Source of the DNA: Marsupella aquatica | Lineage: Eukaryota > Plantae > Marchantiophyta | Direction: 5' to 3' | DNA: 64,000 bases | NCBI GenBank assembly: GCA_973895155.1 | Contig: OZ316891.1 | Coordinates: forward strand, 7,433,808-7,497,807 | Shown here: positions 45,801-58,432 of the stretch, in pieces | How positions within the stretch are numbered: the stretch's first letter is position 1 | Layout: the number at the start of each line of letters is the position of its first letter | Notes under the pieces: generated by a model | What the model saw: the letters and a program-made list of their open reading frames with translations, nothing else | The model's database searches: none | What the model was told of the DNA's origin: nothing | Made by a program: the position numbers and the translations under genes

Positions 45801-47145
45801 GGATTACAATGAGGTCTTCTCACCAGTTGCTAAGTACTCTACAATACGACTATTGTGTGTACTTGTTGTAATGTTTGGTCTGCTGCTAGATCAGATGGAT
45901 GTTGTGACAGCTTTCCTCTATGGCACATTGGAAGAGGTGATCTTCATGAGACAACCGCTAGGTTTTGTGAAGAGAGGACAGGAGGAATTGGTTTGCAGAT
46001 TGCTGAAATCCTTGTATGGGTTGAAGCAGTCACCAAGACAGTGGAACAAGCGGTTTGACGATTGGATTCGGTCACAAGGTTTTCACAGAAGTGTATTTGA
46101 CCCTTGTGTGTATTTGAAACCGGTAAAGAATGTTGTCTTTGGGTTCATTGTTTTAGTACTTTATGTGGATGATATGCTAATTGCAGCCAAGGATAGGTCT
46201 GAGATTGTTAAGCTCAAGGCACTGCTTAGTGTAGAGTTTAAGATGAAGGACTTAGGGCCAGCTAAGAGGATTTTGGGTATGGAGATCACTAGGGACTTGG
46301 AGACTGGCAAGCTATGGTTGACGTAGAGCAGTTATGCAAGGAAGGTAATTGCAAGGTTCAACATGGGGAATAGCAAGCCAGTAAGTACCTCGTTGGCTCC
46401 ACACTTCAAGTTATCATCAGCGTTATGTCCTACGGATGACACAGAGAAGGGGTTGATGTCAAAGGTTCCGTATGACAAGGCAGTGGGGAGTCTCATGTAT
46501 TTGATGACTTGCACTAGACCTGATCTTGCCATGGCTATGGGCAAGGTGAGCAGGTACATGTCGAATCCAGGGAAGGTACACTGGGAAGCAGTGAAGTGGA
46601 TTATCAGGTACTTGAAGGGTACCGTGGATCATGGTCTTTTATTTGATGCGAATGCAAAGAATGCTAAATCATTGATTGGCTATGTTGATTCTGACTATGG
46701 ACAAGATTTGGACCGAAGGAGATCAACAACAGGATACGTGTTCACACTTGGCGGTGGATGCATAAGTTGGAGGTCTACTTTGCAGAAGTGTATTGCTCAG
46801 TCTACTACAGAAGCGGAGTATGTTGCAGCTGCGGAAGCAGCAAAGGAAACGATTTGGTTGGATAGACTTATCACTGAAATGGGATTGCCACAGGGGAATG
46901 TGAAGCTCCATTGTGATAGTCAAAGTGCGCTCCACCTTGCTGTGAACCAGGTGATGGACAACAGAGTGAAGCACATTGACGTTAGGTACCATTTTATCAG
47001 GCAGGCTGTGTCTGATAATTTGTTTGAGCTAGTCAAGATTGATGGTAAACTTAACCCGGTTGACGCATTTACCAAAGTGATTCCTTTGGAGAGTTTCTCT
47101 AGACACCGTGACGTATTGCAGGTTTTGCAATTGCATCACAAGTAG
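42832..47145 (+). pseudogene. Copia gag-pol polyprotein in a single frame with four in-frame stops
   Basis: KYDGRSDY.LW, CWKCNQVGHFKRDC, WILDCACSFH, LWHSRLGH, CEHC, RSDNGGEY, QQNGVAER, YKARLVAKG, LYVDDML, GYVDSD, KHIDVRYHF. Stops at 43174, 43870, 44389 and 46324. Confidence 0.93.
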
Positions 47146-47335
47146 AGTTTTCTTAACATTCATTGTAATTACTGATATATGCTCTTCCTCATTCCTATGT
47201 ATTAGGCTACGGCTTAGTTCTGGTTTGCTCTAGTTAGAGAGGGAAACTGGTTTGGTTTTTGTCCAGAACTTCCCGCCGAGGGATCATATACATTGGCAGT
47301 ATTACTCTCCCCTAGACCAGAGTCAAGGGGAAGAT

Positions 47336-47719
47336 TGTTGGGTATTTACTCTTACGTCTAGGTTAGGTATGACGTGGTTGGTACAACTACGTGATTAGGT
47401 ACAACTATGTGGTTAGGTACAACTACGTGATTAGGTACAACTATGTGTTAGGTACAACTAAGTTGCACACTATATCATAAGAGACATGTGTGCTTGGAGA
47501 GGTAGAACCAAGGCTCATTGTTATGGAGCCACTTGAGAGATAGAGAGAGCTTACACTGTGGAGACTCGGTATAGCCGACGGGCTTAGAGTTCAGTAAAGC
47601 TCTCTTGTGTGTTCCCGTGGACGTAGCCTCAAGGAGGTGAACCACATATCTCTTGTGTCGACTATTGTGCGTTGGATGGTTCATGGGCTTGCCGTTACGA
47701 TCGTCGTCTATGCTCAACA
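47336..47719 (+). repeat. Copia 3' LTR (384 bp) with ~18-bp tandem repeats in U3
   Basis: PPT AAGGGGAAGAT followed by TGTTG...CAACA. About five TTAGGTACAACTA(C/T)GTG units at ~47378-47460. Confidence 0.85.
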
Positions 47720-49500
47720 TTCTCAACCTTCTGCTGCCACTAGCTTTTTAAGAAGAAGGAAGAAGTGGACAAGATTCTATGCCACTAAGTATGCAATCGG
47801 ATTGACGAAGGCCCGCTTCAGCGCAATTATTGTCAATACTATCTTGGGAAAAACTAAAAACTAACACAACCAGAGACTATGACTGGGAGTCAATGCCATT
47901 TGGAAGGAGTAGGACTCATTGCCTCACTTCATCAAACACAAGCAAATTATTCGAAATTGCGAAACATTACTCAATCAAAACAGATGGGGTCCACAAACGA
48001 ATTTGTACATGTGAGTTCATAATATATTCTATTATTTTTTACAGATTTTAAAAATTTAATTAATCTCTATCAAAAATACCTATTTTGGATGATATATGAT
48101 TCCTAAGATTCTGATAATCAACTCCCCCAGTTCAAGGACTTGGTAAAGCTGGTGAATATTTTTTGTGGTTAGGCACCACACATGGAGTTAGGCACCACAC
48201 ATGGATTTCAAGGAACTATTTGTAGGCATTTTGCCTGGGGATCCAAAATTGTTATGAATGAAAAAGGGTACTTGATCAAAAGCAAGATTCCTTGAAGGTA
48301 GTGGCACTTTCATCATCTATGTTGACCACCTGAAAGTGATCCACTCGTACAGGCATTCTACCTATGAGTAGGGTGATTTGTCATTGTGTGGGGGAGGGTG
48401 TAAGAGAGCACTGAATAGTTCCAACTGCGACATCCCACTGAAGCTGACCTCTCCGTTCCTCAGGATAGTGATTTGCCAAGTGAAGAGTACCAGTGCTCTT
48501 AGTTTACAGCAGCTTGTAGATTGGGAAGAACTCTCCAGATCTCTAATTTATTTGTGTCGAACATTCTTGTTGACAATAAAAACGCAAAATAAAGAGCAGT
48601 TCTGTCAATTAAGTTTTCTAACTTCGCTGTTATGTAAGATTGGAGCATGAAATATGAGAAAGAATCGGCGCAGATCAAAAACCAAAACAAAAATGACAAA
48701 CATGCTAAGGTAAATCATTGTTTAGCTTCAGCCAGTATCAGATTCAAGTCGGACGGATGGTAAGTTTCTATTATGACCACAATTTCAGGACACTCGTCAC
48801 AGATGTACAGGATTCTCCAAACATCCTTTCACTCGTTACCAGTCAAGCTGACTTGCCTTTCACGTACTCTCTCATGGAAGGATTAATATCAAACTAAATG
48901 ATCAGATGTTATCGTGGGCACAGTGGTCATACAAGTGGTACAGTCGGTCTGTCTTTATGAGTCGACTGGGTTAAAAAACTTGGTGATCAAATTTGGTAGA
49001 TAGCTTGATGAATTGACTCGACGGGTAGCCTTAATCGATTTCATCCTCCAACCTCGTCATACATCCGTTGTACTGTAGTCGAATTGAATTCCTCTGAATA
49101 GATAACGTAGTACAAAAATGGCAACCTTTGTCGATTGGTTTTGCACTGAAAGAATTGATGCAATTTACATACCAGTTTGCTACGAGGTTACGGCACTGGT
49201 CCGCAGAAAATCTGTGGTGTTGGACGTAAACCAGGCTGTCTGAATGCCAAACGTTCAAACAATAAACTTAGGAATTTATGTCTAGGAGACTCTGTAACCT
49301 CAGTACCTAACAGCAAAGCTGATCCATCCTGTTTTACACAACGGAGCTGTTCAAGCATCGAAAGCCATTGAAAGTTCATCTTGGAGTCCTATCTTCAAAC
49401 TTTGAAGATAAGCTTTTTAAGTGGACAAGATTAAAATGGCTACAAAGATACACAAGGGACATTACAGTTGAGGAAGTAGTACGTCTAGGACGCCACGCCC

Positions 49501-52500
49501 TTAATTTAACGGCCAAATGGTGAGAGGGAATTCTCGCAAGCCATACATATATACATCATTTCCTTTCCAGGTTCCCTGGATCGCCAAAAGAACTAGAGTC
49601 ATTACAAAAGTAGCTGGAGAAGAATTATATTGTGCACACCAACCTCTACAGCACCCGCTTGCATTCTCTGGATAAGAAATCAGTACAACTTCAGTCAAAC
49701 TTGATTTGGAGACAATAACATTCCTACACAGAGAACGAAGTCCTGGTCTGGAGAACGGGCTACTCCTAGGATAAGAAATTCCGCTCTCCCTCACCTTCTC
49801 CTGGAGCAGGAATTATGCAAATACAGCATGTCCACCCCAAATTCCGTTAAGAGTATATTACAGCGCAATACTATATCAGCAAAACCGTTCTCAAACAGTA
49901 GATATACCACACCAATCCATCTCTATGGCTGAGTCAAACTGAGATGAACTTGGTCTATACAGGGTGCATTGATTCCTCTGGCCAGAGTTGCAGAACTATA
50001 TCAACGCAAAAGGAAAAGTAAAGTAGAATGGCTCGTTCTGCTACATCTGATGTTTGGCATGGAGGTCAGTACACGAAATCAAAACATGGGCACTACACCT
50101 GACATGTTGGTTTGATTCTACACTTGACAAAGAAACGTTTTTGACGTCTGCATACAGTACCCTCATTTACCTTGAATTTGAACTTGTTATATAAGCGTTG
50201 CGCTGCTATGTTAGTAGAGTTTACATGCACATATAACTCTTTGAGACCTACACAGAAAATAGACAAACAACTTAGACGTGCAGTGCTTTCATAGGAAGCG
50301 TAATGTGAGGGTAAAGAGCTAAGACTATGACGACATCCATTACCATAACAGATTTTTAGGCATCTAGAGTCAAACAAGAATTTTGATGAGACATGAAAGG
50401 GGACCATACTCCAAAACGAACGGAACAAATAAACATGTAAGACTAGCGTATAGGAAACAGGTACTTTGTTTCAGTAGAAAATACGGTAGGACTCAACAAG
50501 TCATGAAACTCTACCAAGAGTCTACTTTAAGACGACAAGACAGTAATAAAGTCCAACGACTCTAGTCAATAGCACAAGTTAACTACCCTGCCTTGATGTA
50601 CTACCCTGCCTACTTCTTGCTCAATCACCACTCTCCTCAAGACTGCTCCTTGTATATATCAATGCAACTCACCCCAATCTTTACCAGCGTTGATAGCTTT
50701 GCCTAGTAGACTCGACCCTATGCCATTTTGTCGAGCAGCCTTTGTTACACATACATTGGCTATGTACCCATATTGATGAGAACCTCGAAAATCAAGTGCA
50801 CCCACCGATAGTGTGGCTCTGATGGAGTCCTAAGCAGGAGCAACAGACAATATTTTAAATAGAGCAATTTCGCATCTCTTTTCTGCAAAAAAATAATTGC
50901 ATTTTTAGGTCTACACCTTCGGATAAAATGGCAGCACCACCTACCCCCGGAAACGTTTCTCCCTGTGAGAGCTGTCTGATGCTCAGATCCAGAGTGCCAA
51001 CCACACGCTCTAATACGGTTGCACTTTGAGAGCCATTCACTGTAATATTTTGTGAAGAACGTCCACTGACCTGCATACAAAAGCCAACCCACTCATGATC
51101 TGAGCTTCACAGGGTAATCTATGTGTAAAGAAATGTGGCCCATTCCCCGAAGCCAGCAAACAGCAAACCCCCGAGAATCGATTGGAAGCCTGTGTAAGAC
51201 ATACGGAATGTACTTAAAATTGACCCGTCAGCGAACGCACGCACAGATTACGATTGCTGTAATGATCGACCGTGTGTGTAGACACAAAAGTTACATATTG
51301 AAAGTCTTCCATAGAGACTCACATCCTTCAAAGACTGGAAGGGTCATGAGCAAGGGTACACCTCCTTCGCTAGTTAGGAAAACAAAGTGCATTGCCGTAT
51401 CTCAGAAATGCATATAGTTAGCATACCGCCACAAGACAGATGCACCTTATGGACTGTCCATATTTTCCAAGAAGACGTCTTTTCAAAGCATCAAATTCCT
51501 GCAAAGGGTGAGCAACCATACATAAGCTGCCATATTGCTTACATTCTTTTCAAACGGCTTTCAGATTGCAATTCTCCTACATCTGCTGAAAATCTTGACT
51601 AAAACTTGTCGGATGCAATTTCAAACCATAATGGACTCGGCGCACACTGCGTTACAGGTTAGAGGTACGGTCTGGAATACCTGTTCGGCAAACCTCTTTT
51701 TGTAACTCTCAATATACCTGCAGAAGATATAAGATATTAAAATTGTATCGTTCCAAATGCACAGGTATTTCCAAGCATCCAATTAACAGTAGTTACCGGT
51801 CATGAAAGTAAAGATGACAAAATGCTTAGTTCATTTATTTGCGCCTCACGGATGGTATCCGCGGGCATAATCGACCTCTCTCTGTATCGACCTGACACGT
51901 TTGACATCCCAACTGAATACTTAAACAGATAAAAGTAGAAAAAACAGAAACTCGATGAACATATGAGAAAGCGAATGGACAAGATCTTAAAAGATGAATG
52001 GCACTAAACGCTTAACATAGTAACACACCGCACGTAAGGCTGCTCCTCGCAGTAACTCTCCGCCCTTATCCATGCTGCCGCCTACAATACCCCAAAAAAG
52101 ATATAAATCACAAGGCCTCGATTTTCAGGCATTCCTCCTATACGGATGTCTTCCCATAAAGTGACCTTAACCCTGCTCTTTCAGAATTGTGAATGGAGAA
52201 CCTGACTTTCCCTGTTAATGTAGATTCTCCAACTTTGTCTTACTTTAATTACACAGGGCCCTGATGCAACCGAAGCCATAGAGAAGGGTACGAACGGGCC
52301 CATATCTGACGCTTGGTCATAGAGAAGGTCCCCAGAAATTACCCAGAACTCCTCGTCGAGTTTGGCCTCGCGTACAATGTAGTCCTTGCCAGACTTCGAC
52401 GCTGGTCCACATTCTTTGTCAACCCCAACTTCATTCTGGGAAGATGTTGCAGTGCCAACAAAAGTAGACGCGGGAAATGATCTGGGCTTCCCTAATCTTG

Positions 52501-53030
52501 AAGAATTTGAAGAAAGGAAACCACCAACGTCACTTAAGACTCTCTGAGTCTTCCACTCCCTGTAGCTAAACGTTGCCCTGCGAAAACATGAGCGACCGAC
52601 ATGTGTCTCTGTAAACTATCACAAACTGCAGGGTGGCATTGACACTACAAGTCGAACTCTGTCGCAGCTAAGAGGCTAAGACGCGGGTCCATAAGGTCCT
52701 GCAAGAGCTCAATCGTTTCTGTAGGTACTACACCACTTCGCGTCAAAAAACGGAGCACCGCGGGTTGCAGCCAACTATTTGTGCACAAAAGTTATGGGTG
52801 CATTGTTCTCAATATTGTTCCACGAGAAACCACAAATCACATCAATGACCATGCACGAAAGTGAGGAGACCTGGCGCTATGAACGAGTAAACGAAGTGAG
52901 TAGTGTAAGAAAACCTTGAAGAAGATCTAGAAGAACCAAAAAGTTGTTGTCGACATTGGCAAGAGGATACAGAACGATGAGAGGTAACTTGTACGCATAA
53001 TGTTAAAGGGGAAAGCGCCTGGCACGCCAT
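49501..53030 (-). CDS. GCN5-related N-acetyltransferase, plastid GNAT6-like, about 8-9 exons
   Basis: Phase-compatible GT-AG exons 53030-52915, 52577-52343, 52081-52029, 51717-51681, 51498-51427, 51070-50945, 50829-50673, 50247-50171 and a tentative 49800-49501. They give VREAKLDEEFW|AAAWIRAES..., KRFAEQ|EF.ALKRR, VVGTLDLSIR, YGYIANVCV.KAARQNGIG (acetyl-CoA motif A) and LYVHV...N.AA..LY.K. The Ser-rich N-terminus looks like a transit peptide. First and last exons are less certain. Confidence 0.85.
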
Positions 53031-53945
53031 TCCTTGGTCACGCCCTCAGTCCTGTTTCGTCGTCCGTACTCTGAACCAATTACTAAGTCTGTCCACCACC
53101 GCGCATGCTCTGCTTCTCCACCTGCCGCTGTCGCTCAGAATGACTCCGCTTGGAGTTCTCAACTTAATCTCGATCTTCCTCATTAAACAACCCCAAAATT
53201 GCAATATCTTGACCGATTCTTCAGGATAATTGAAAAGGTGCTGTTCACTGTTCACCGACTGCAACATTCTTCCGTCATGTAACCTTTTCCTCCTACCCTA
53301 CATTTCTCCTTACGGATATAAACTAAACTGAGGGCAGGCCACATGTTCAACTATCCAAAATTCCCGTGTCCGATCTCTGCTGCCGGGTGAAGGTCATCTG
53401 GTTCTAAGTACTTCGCCGCTATGAGCTTCTGGCAGTTCACTGGGGACAACAGCGAAAACACGAATTCTCAACAAGCATCCTCATTCACAAGCACAACGTT
53501 ACTTACTCCCGGGAGCTCCTTCTTCCACACTACCACCCGAACACTCCTACAGAGTGGTGGCAGCCGATTAGATTAGGGCTACAACATGTCGACAACTATG
53601 GAAAGAACGGTGCACCATTGACATTGACAAAAATGAGCACACTTCAACTCGAGAAATCACCGCGACGATGTGGTATCCAGTGAGACCGCACATGAGAATT
53701 GCGTGGAGGGACGGACGGATAGAGAGAGAGCAGGAGGAAGGAACAATTCAATGTCCAAAAGCAAAGCAGAATTTCGTCTACTCACCGGGGTCTCCTCCAA
53801 CCGGTATCATCCGAACACTGTCGTCTCAAAAATGGTGGCAGCTCATTAGGGCTAGAACAAAACGTCAGCGACTAGACCTGTGCGCCACCGACATTATCGA
53901 CAATTGCCAACCTCAACTTCCAATTATTCAGACCCCACCGCGAGC

Positions 53946-53949
<4 letters not shown>

Positions 53950-53989
<40 letters not shown>

Positions 53990-53995
53990 GAGAGA
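53950..53995. repeat. (GA)n microsatellite, probably in the 5' region of the GNAT gene
   Basis: About 23 GA units with one interruption. Confidence 0.9.
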
Positions 53996-54248
53996 ATTGC
54001 AAAATCGAGCAGGAAGGATTTGGATGACGAGAGGAAAGTGGAATTTTCGTCGAAGAGATGGAAAAGGAAAGTCGAGCGTATCGATTTCCAATAGAGCAGA
54101 TCAGTAGCACCGTCGTGATAGGTGGTGGCCAATCGAAGGTGTCCCTTTCCAGTCGTGCACAATCATCGCTTTGCAGGCTTTTCAGGCTTTTCAGGCTTTT
54201 GATCTTTTCGACGTGTACAGAGCGAAAGATCGCTGAAGATAGCGAATA

Positions 54249-54799
54249 CTGGAGTCATTGTTCCTATCTTAATTAGCACTAGTTACTTTGACTTACAGTA
54301 TAGCTAATCCTGGTGTCATTGTTCCTATCTTAATTGTGGTTACTTTGACTTACAGTATAGCTAAGCCTGGTGTCATTGTTCCTATCTTAATTAACGCTAG
54401 TTACTTTGACTTACAGTATAGCTAATCCTGGTGTCATTGGTCCTATCTTAATTGTGGTTACTTTGACTTACAGTATAGCTAATCCTCGTGTCATTGTTCC
54501 TATCTTAACTGTGGTTACTTTGACTTACAGTACTTTGACTTACAGTATAGCTAATCCTGGTGTCATTGTTCCTATCTTAATTAACGCTAGTTACTTTGAC
54601 TTACAGTACAGCTAATCCTCATGTCATTGTTCCTATCTTAACTGTGGTTACTTTGACTTACAGTACTTTGACTTACAGTATAGCTAATCCTAGTGTCATT
54701 GTTGCTATCTTAATTAACGCTAGTTACTTTGACTTACAGTATAGCTACTCCTGGTGTCATTGTTCCTATCTTAACTGTAGTTACTTTGACTTACAGTAT
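54249..54799. repeat. Minisatellite with a 57-bp basic unit and 61/76-bp variants, about 9 copies
   Basis: GTTACTTTGACTTACAG recurs at 54282, 54339, 54400, 54457, 54514, 54590, 54647, 54723 and 54780. Confidence 0.92.
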
Positions 54800-57700
54800 T
54801 GGACTTGTCACTCATCTCTGCAGGTTATGGGGGAAATGCTTACTGTACTAAATCTACTTTGAATTTTTTTTCTAATGCTAGCCTGACTACCAGTTCTTTG
54901 AACATAAATAGAGGTGATTGCCCAAAAAGAATTTGATTCTTCGTTCCCATTCACCTTTGCTCCATCATTGATTGCATCCTCAACTTTCAGTTATGCCCCT
55001 TATCTGCACCCTCAACTTTCAGTTATGCCCTTAAAGTCAAGGTTGACCCTTCTCCGTCTGCACTCTCACTTTCAATTATGTCAGTCACTAGAATAGGGTT
55101 AAGAAGTAGATTGTGAGTGCATACTTATAAATTCTCATATTTACACATACTATACACATATTACACATGAGATAATGGTTTTTAGCAGGGAGAGAGCACT
55201 AAGGGGAAATCACTAAGGGGAAGTAGAATAAATTGACATTAAATTATTTTGGCTTTTGCTTTTAAAAAAGAAGATTTAATTTTTTGGAAGTTAGTCAGTT
55301 TTTACTTATCTCGTGACTCGGATCCCCAATTTCGATGTGCAAAGTACAGTTTATAAAACGCCACCACAACAATTTTATCTTACCTTGAGATCTCTTTCTC
55401 TTATCTCGCCATTTTTACTCACATTCACATCTTTATCTCACCAGGACATTGTTTCTCACCTCTGATATTTTTTCTCTACCCGTGTGGTGAGCATTGGTGT
55501 CCTGGATCACTCACTCAGTATTTGTCCTTGTGGATGGAGCGACCGACAAACAGAGTGAGTGAACATTTGGACAAGTCTACTATGGAAGCCTCTTTTGTTT
55601 GTCAATTTTTATGTTTACACCTAATCATGATCTCTGTTCACCAAAACATCTACAAGACAAGGTATCTGCAACCCACAAACCAGTGGCGCGAACCAATATG
55701 TGTCTGAGGTAGGTGTAGATTTAATGCATAGTTTTCTTTACTGGTAAGACTAGGAATTATTGAGGCCAACCCTTTGAATGTACTCACAGATTGATTGCTA
55801 TGTTATCTGCAACGGTTGGCATTTGAGAGCTATCGCATGGTGTGCCATTCCAAAAGTACGCGTTAAATTTAGACTTGCCCTTTGTCAGAACGCAAATGTA
55901 GACACACACTCGTGGTTTGCAGGAAATACATTCAATGTCGTGCTTGCTTAGGTGTAGATTTAACTAAGTGATAGGAACATGCCCCGCTCGATCATAACAA
56001 GGGGGCTTCGGGCAGGTTGGTTGGAGCAGTACTAACAGTACTGTATTCCACCGTTGAAGTTGGATTGAAATTGGACAGCAGTTCCTTCAGTAAGTTAGAG
56101 GGCAGTGCTATTGGCATCTGAGTGGAGTACGCGATCGAGCACGACTCAGTACAGTGCCAGCCACAAATTTCAGTCTCCGGTGGGCTAGGGTGAAACAGCA
56201 TTCCAGTGATTCTTCTTCTAATGGCCATCTTTGTCGGACTCCGGTACTGAGCAGAGTCATGCAATCACTGAGAGAATGCCTTGACTCGTCTTTATGCTTT
56301 TTAGCAGTCCAAACGCAAAGGAAGTCGAACTCTAGCCATTCCGAACCGTGATCGACTCTTGCAAGGACTTGTTACGTACACTGGGCAAGGCACGGATTTT
56401 GGAATGATTGGCTAGTCTCTCTTAATGTGTGACTATCTATGTTTGATTTGCCTTTGACCGTTGTTAGACTACGAAGACAGTTACATGTTTGTGTAGTGCG
56501 GTGAATGTGGCAAGCCAATTGCTCGGCGTCTCATTTTCACTTCTTTGGAAGATGCATTTGTAGAGCACAAGTGCCGAGATTAATCACTGGATCCGGTGTT
56601 CTGCTGAAGAACCATTCAGGCAGTCAAAACCTGACAAGTCACGACCGAGGTCACAACCCATCATTTATTTGGGTTCTGCTGTGAATGTCTGTTTCAAGGA
56701 GATTACGATTGAATATGCTCTCATTACAATGCAGGTAGGCTCGCTACGGCAACTGAAACGTATCATATATTCCTAGCTTAGTTGATCTTGAACGCAAAAG
56801 TTTCCTTTCCTGACAGCCTAGATGTTCAAATGAAACGGAACAAAGGGTAGGTACTTTGAGACTCTGGATTACGGACACCGCATCTAACTCCCAATGCAAG
56901 TATAGTACATTCATCATTTGGATGGCTTAAGCATCGACCTGATGCGAAGGGACTCCTGCATGCTCAGGCGGGGTACATAGAAAGATATAAAGGTTACCAA
57001 AAATGGGCGTGCACATTTTAGTAGTTCGTGGAATCGCTGTACAATTCAAAACTTTGACATTGAGTCCAAGGTTCCGAATCTCGATTACATATACAAGGGC
57101 TAGCTGGAAACCCTGGCTCTAGGCACTAGCATGTAATCTGATAACTGGAAAAAATGCAATCATACGAAAACTTCCAATGTTCTGAAGACACTGTCGGAAG
57201 TGTCAATTGCGATCGTTGAACGGACTCTAGCTGGCCAGTTTGTGCATTCTTAATGGGAAAAAGGCCGGGAATTTGAATGGGCCACGAAACTATGCGGTGT
57301 ATTTTAAATCTTGAGTTCAGAGACAAGAAGCATAATTGAAAGGCTGTCTTTTGAATGCTGAGAGAATGGCACACCTGTGGCAGTTCCGGCTTCGACGGGA
57401 GAGCTTGTTGAAAGTCAGGGTTGGTTCATAAGCGATATTCGGAAGTCCAGGAAAGTGATCATTACGTTATCTTTGTTTGTCATTATCGACCTATCTAGAG
57501 AACAAAGCAATGGCAACAATCTCAAGACGTCTTTCTAGAGGGGTTGACATTCATCTTAGACATCTGTTTGCACCGAAAGGATTAGATACATAGAAATTTC
57601 AAGCCTGTATGCATCTTTGCGAACTACATGCTTGGGAAATTTCGGCAATATGCCGAAGCTCCGTCCTGAAATGTGATACCACTTCCGCTCCAGCGCTTGA

Positions 57701-58432
57701 AATCTGTAGGATCTACACTGCCTACTTCTGAAGCTTATTTCGTTCTGCAGAACACGTTGGGCGATCTAGAAGACGACATTTCGTCGCAGACGGGTATTTT
57801 ATTATTCACGCCATCGGGAAAAATGAACTGCAGTGAACTCAAAACAATCTCTGTGAGATAACTTTGCTACTCACACTTTGGTGTCATTCACGGTACGTTG
57901 ATCTGAGCAGCGTCATTATGCTATTGTCAAACGAACTGTTGCGCTTATGATCCGTGCTAGACTGATGTTCCCCCGGTGGCGAACTAGCTATAGTGTCTCC
58001 AAATTTAACTTATTGAATTCCGCGAAGGTGACTTCACAATGATCTGCGAACGCAAAGATAATTAGATGTACCATCCCGTCTGATCATACCGAAATGAGGA
58101 CTAATTTGACCGTCGTGAAACTATAATCAATCAGTGCTTATTTTTTTGGAGGAGTTGATGGCACTGAAGTGTCACTCGATCTTATGCATGACTCCTAATC
58201 TCATCTGACTACTTCTTTAACTTTGAAGCTCGAGCAGTCGCGCGTTGCCTTTAAACCGTCTAGGTAAGACTTCAGTATATCTGGCATTGCATCTAGATTT
58301 TATCTCCCGATTAGGTACGTCAAAGAATCTGTGGCACTCGGAAAGAATTCGTAACTTAGAATTACAAGAGAGAAAACTGGCTTCACGCAAATTTTATACA
58401 TTCACGTGAAATGCGTACCTCAGGAAAGTGCA

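Larger units (their letters stand above)
41650..47719 (+). mobile_element. 5'-truncated Ty1/Copia retrotransposon (Tnt1/Tork-like)
   Basis: Long leader, order gag-PR-INT-RT-RH, PPT and 3' LTR. No 5' LTR or PBS found; left boundary approximate. Confidence 0.85.

Noticed and set aside
54249-54799. CRISPR-like regularly spaced repeats
   Set aside because: There are no unique spacers; the whole unit repeats, no cas genes are present and the context is eukaryotic.
55000-58400. Short ORFs between the minisatellite and the extensin gene, and at 61.7-64 kb
   Set aside because: No recognisable motifs or consistent exon chain; treated as intergenic or UTR sequence.
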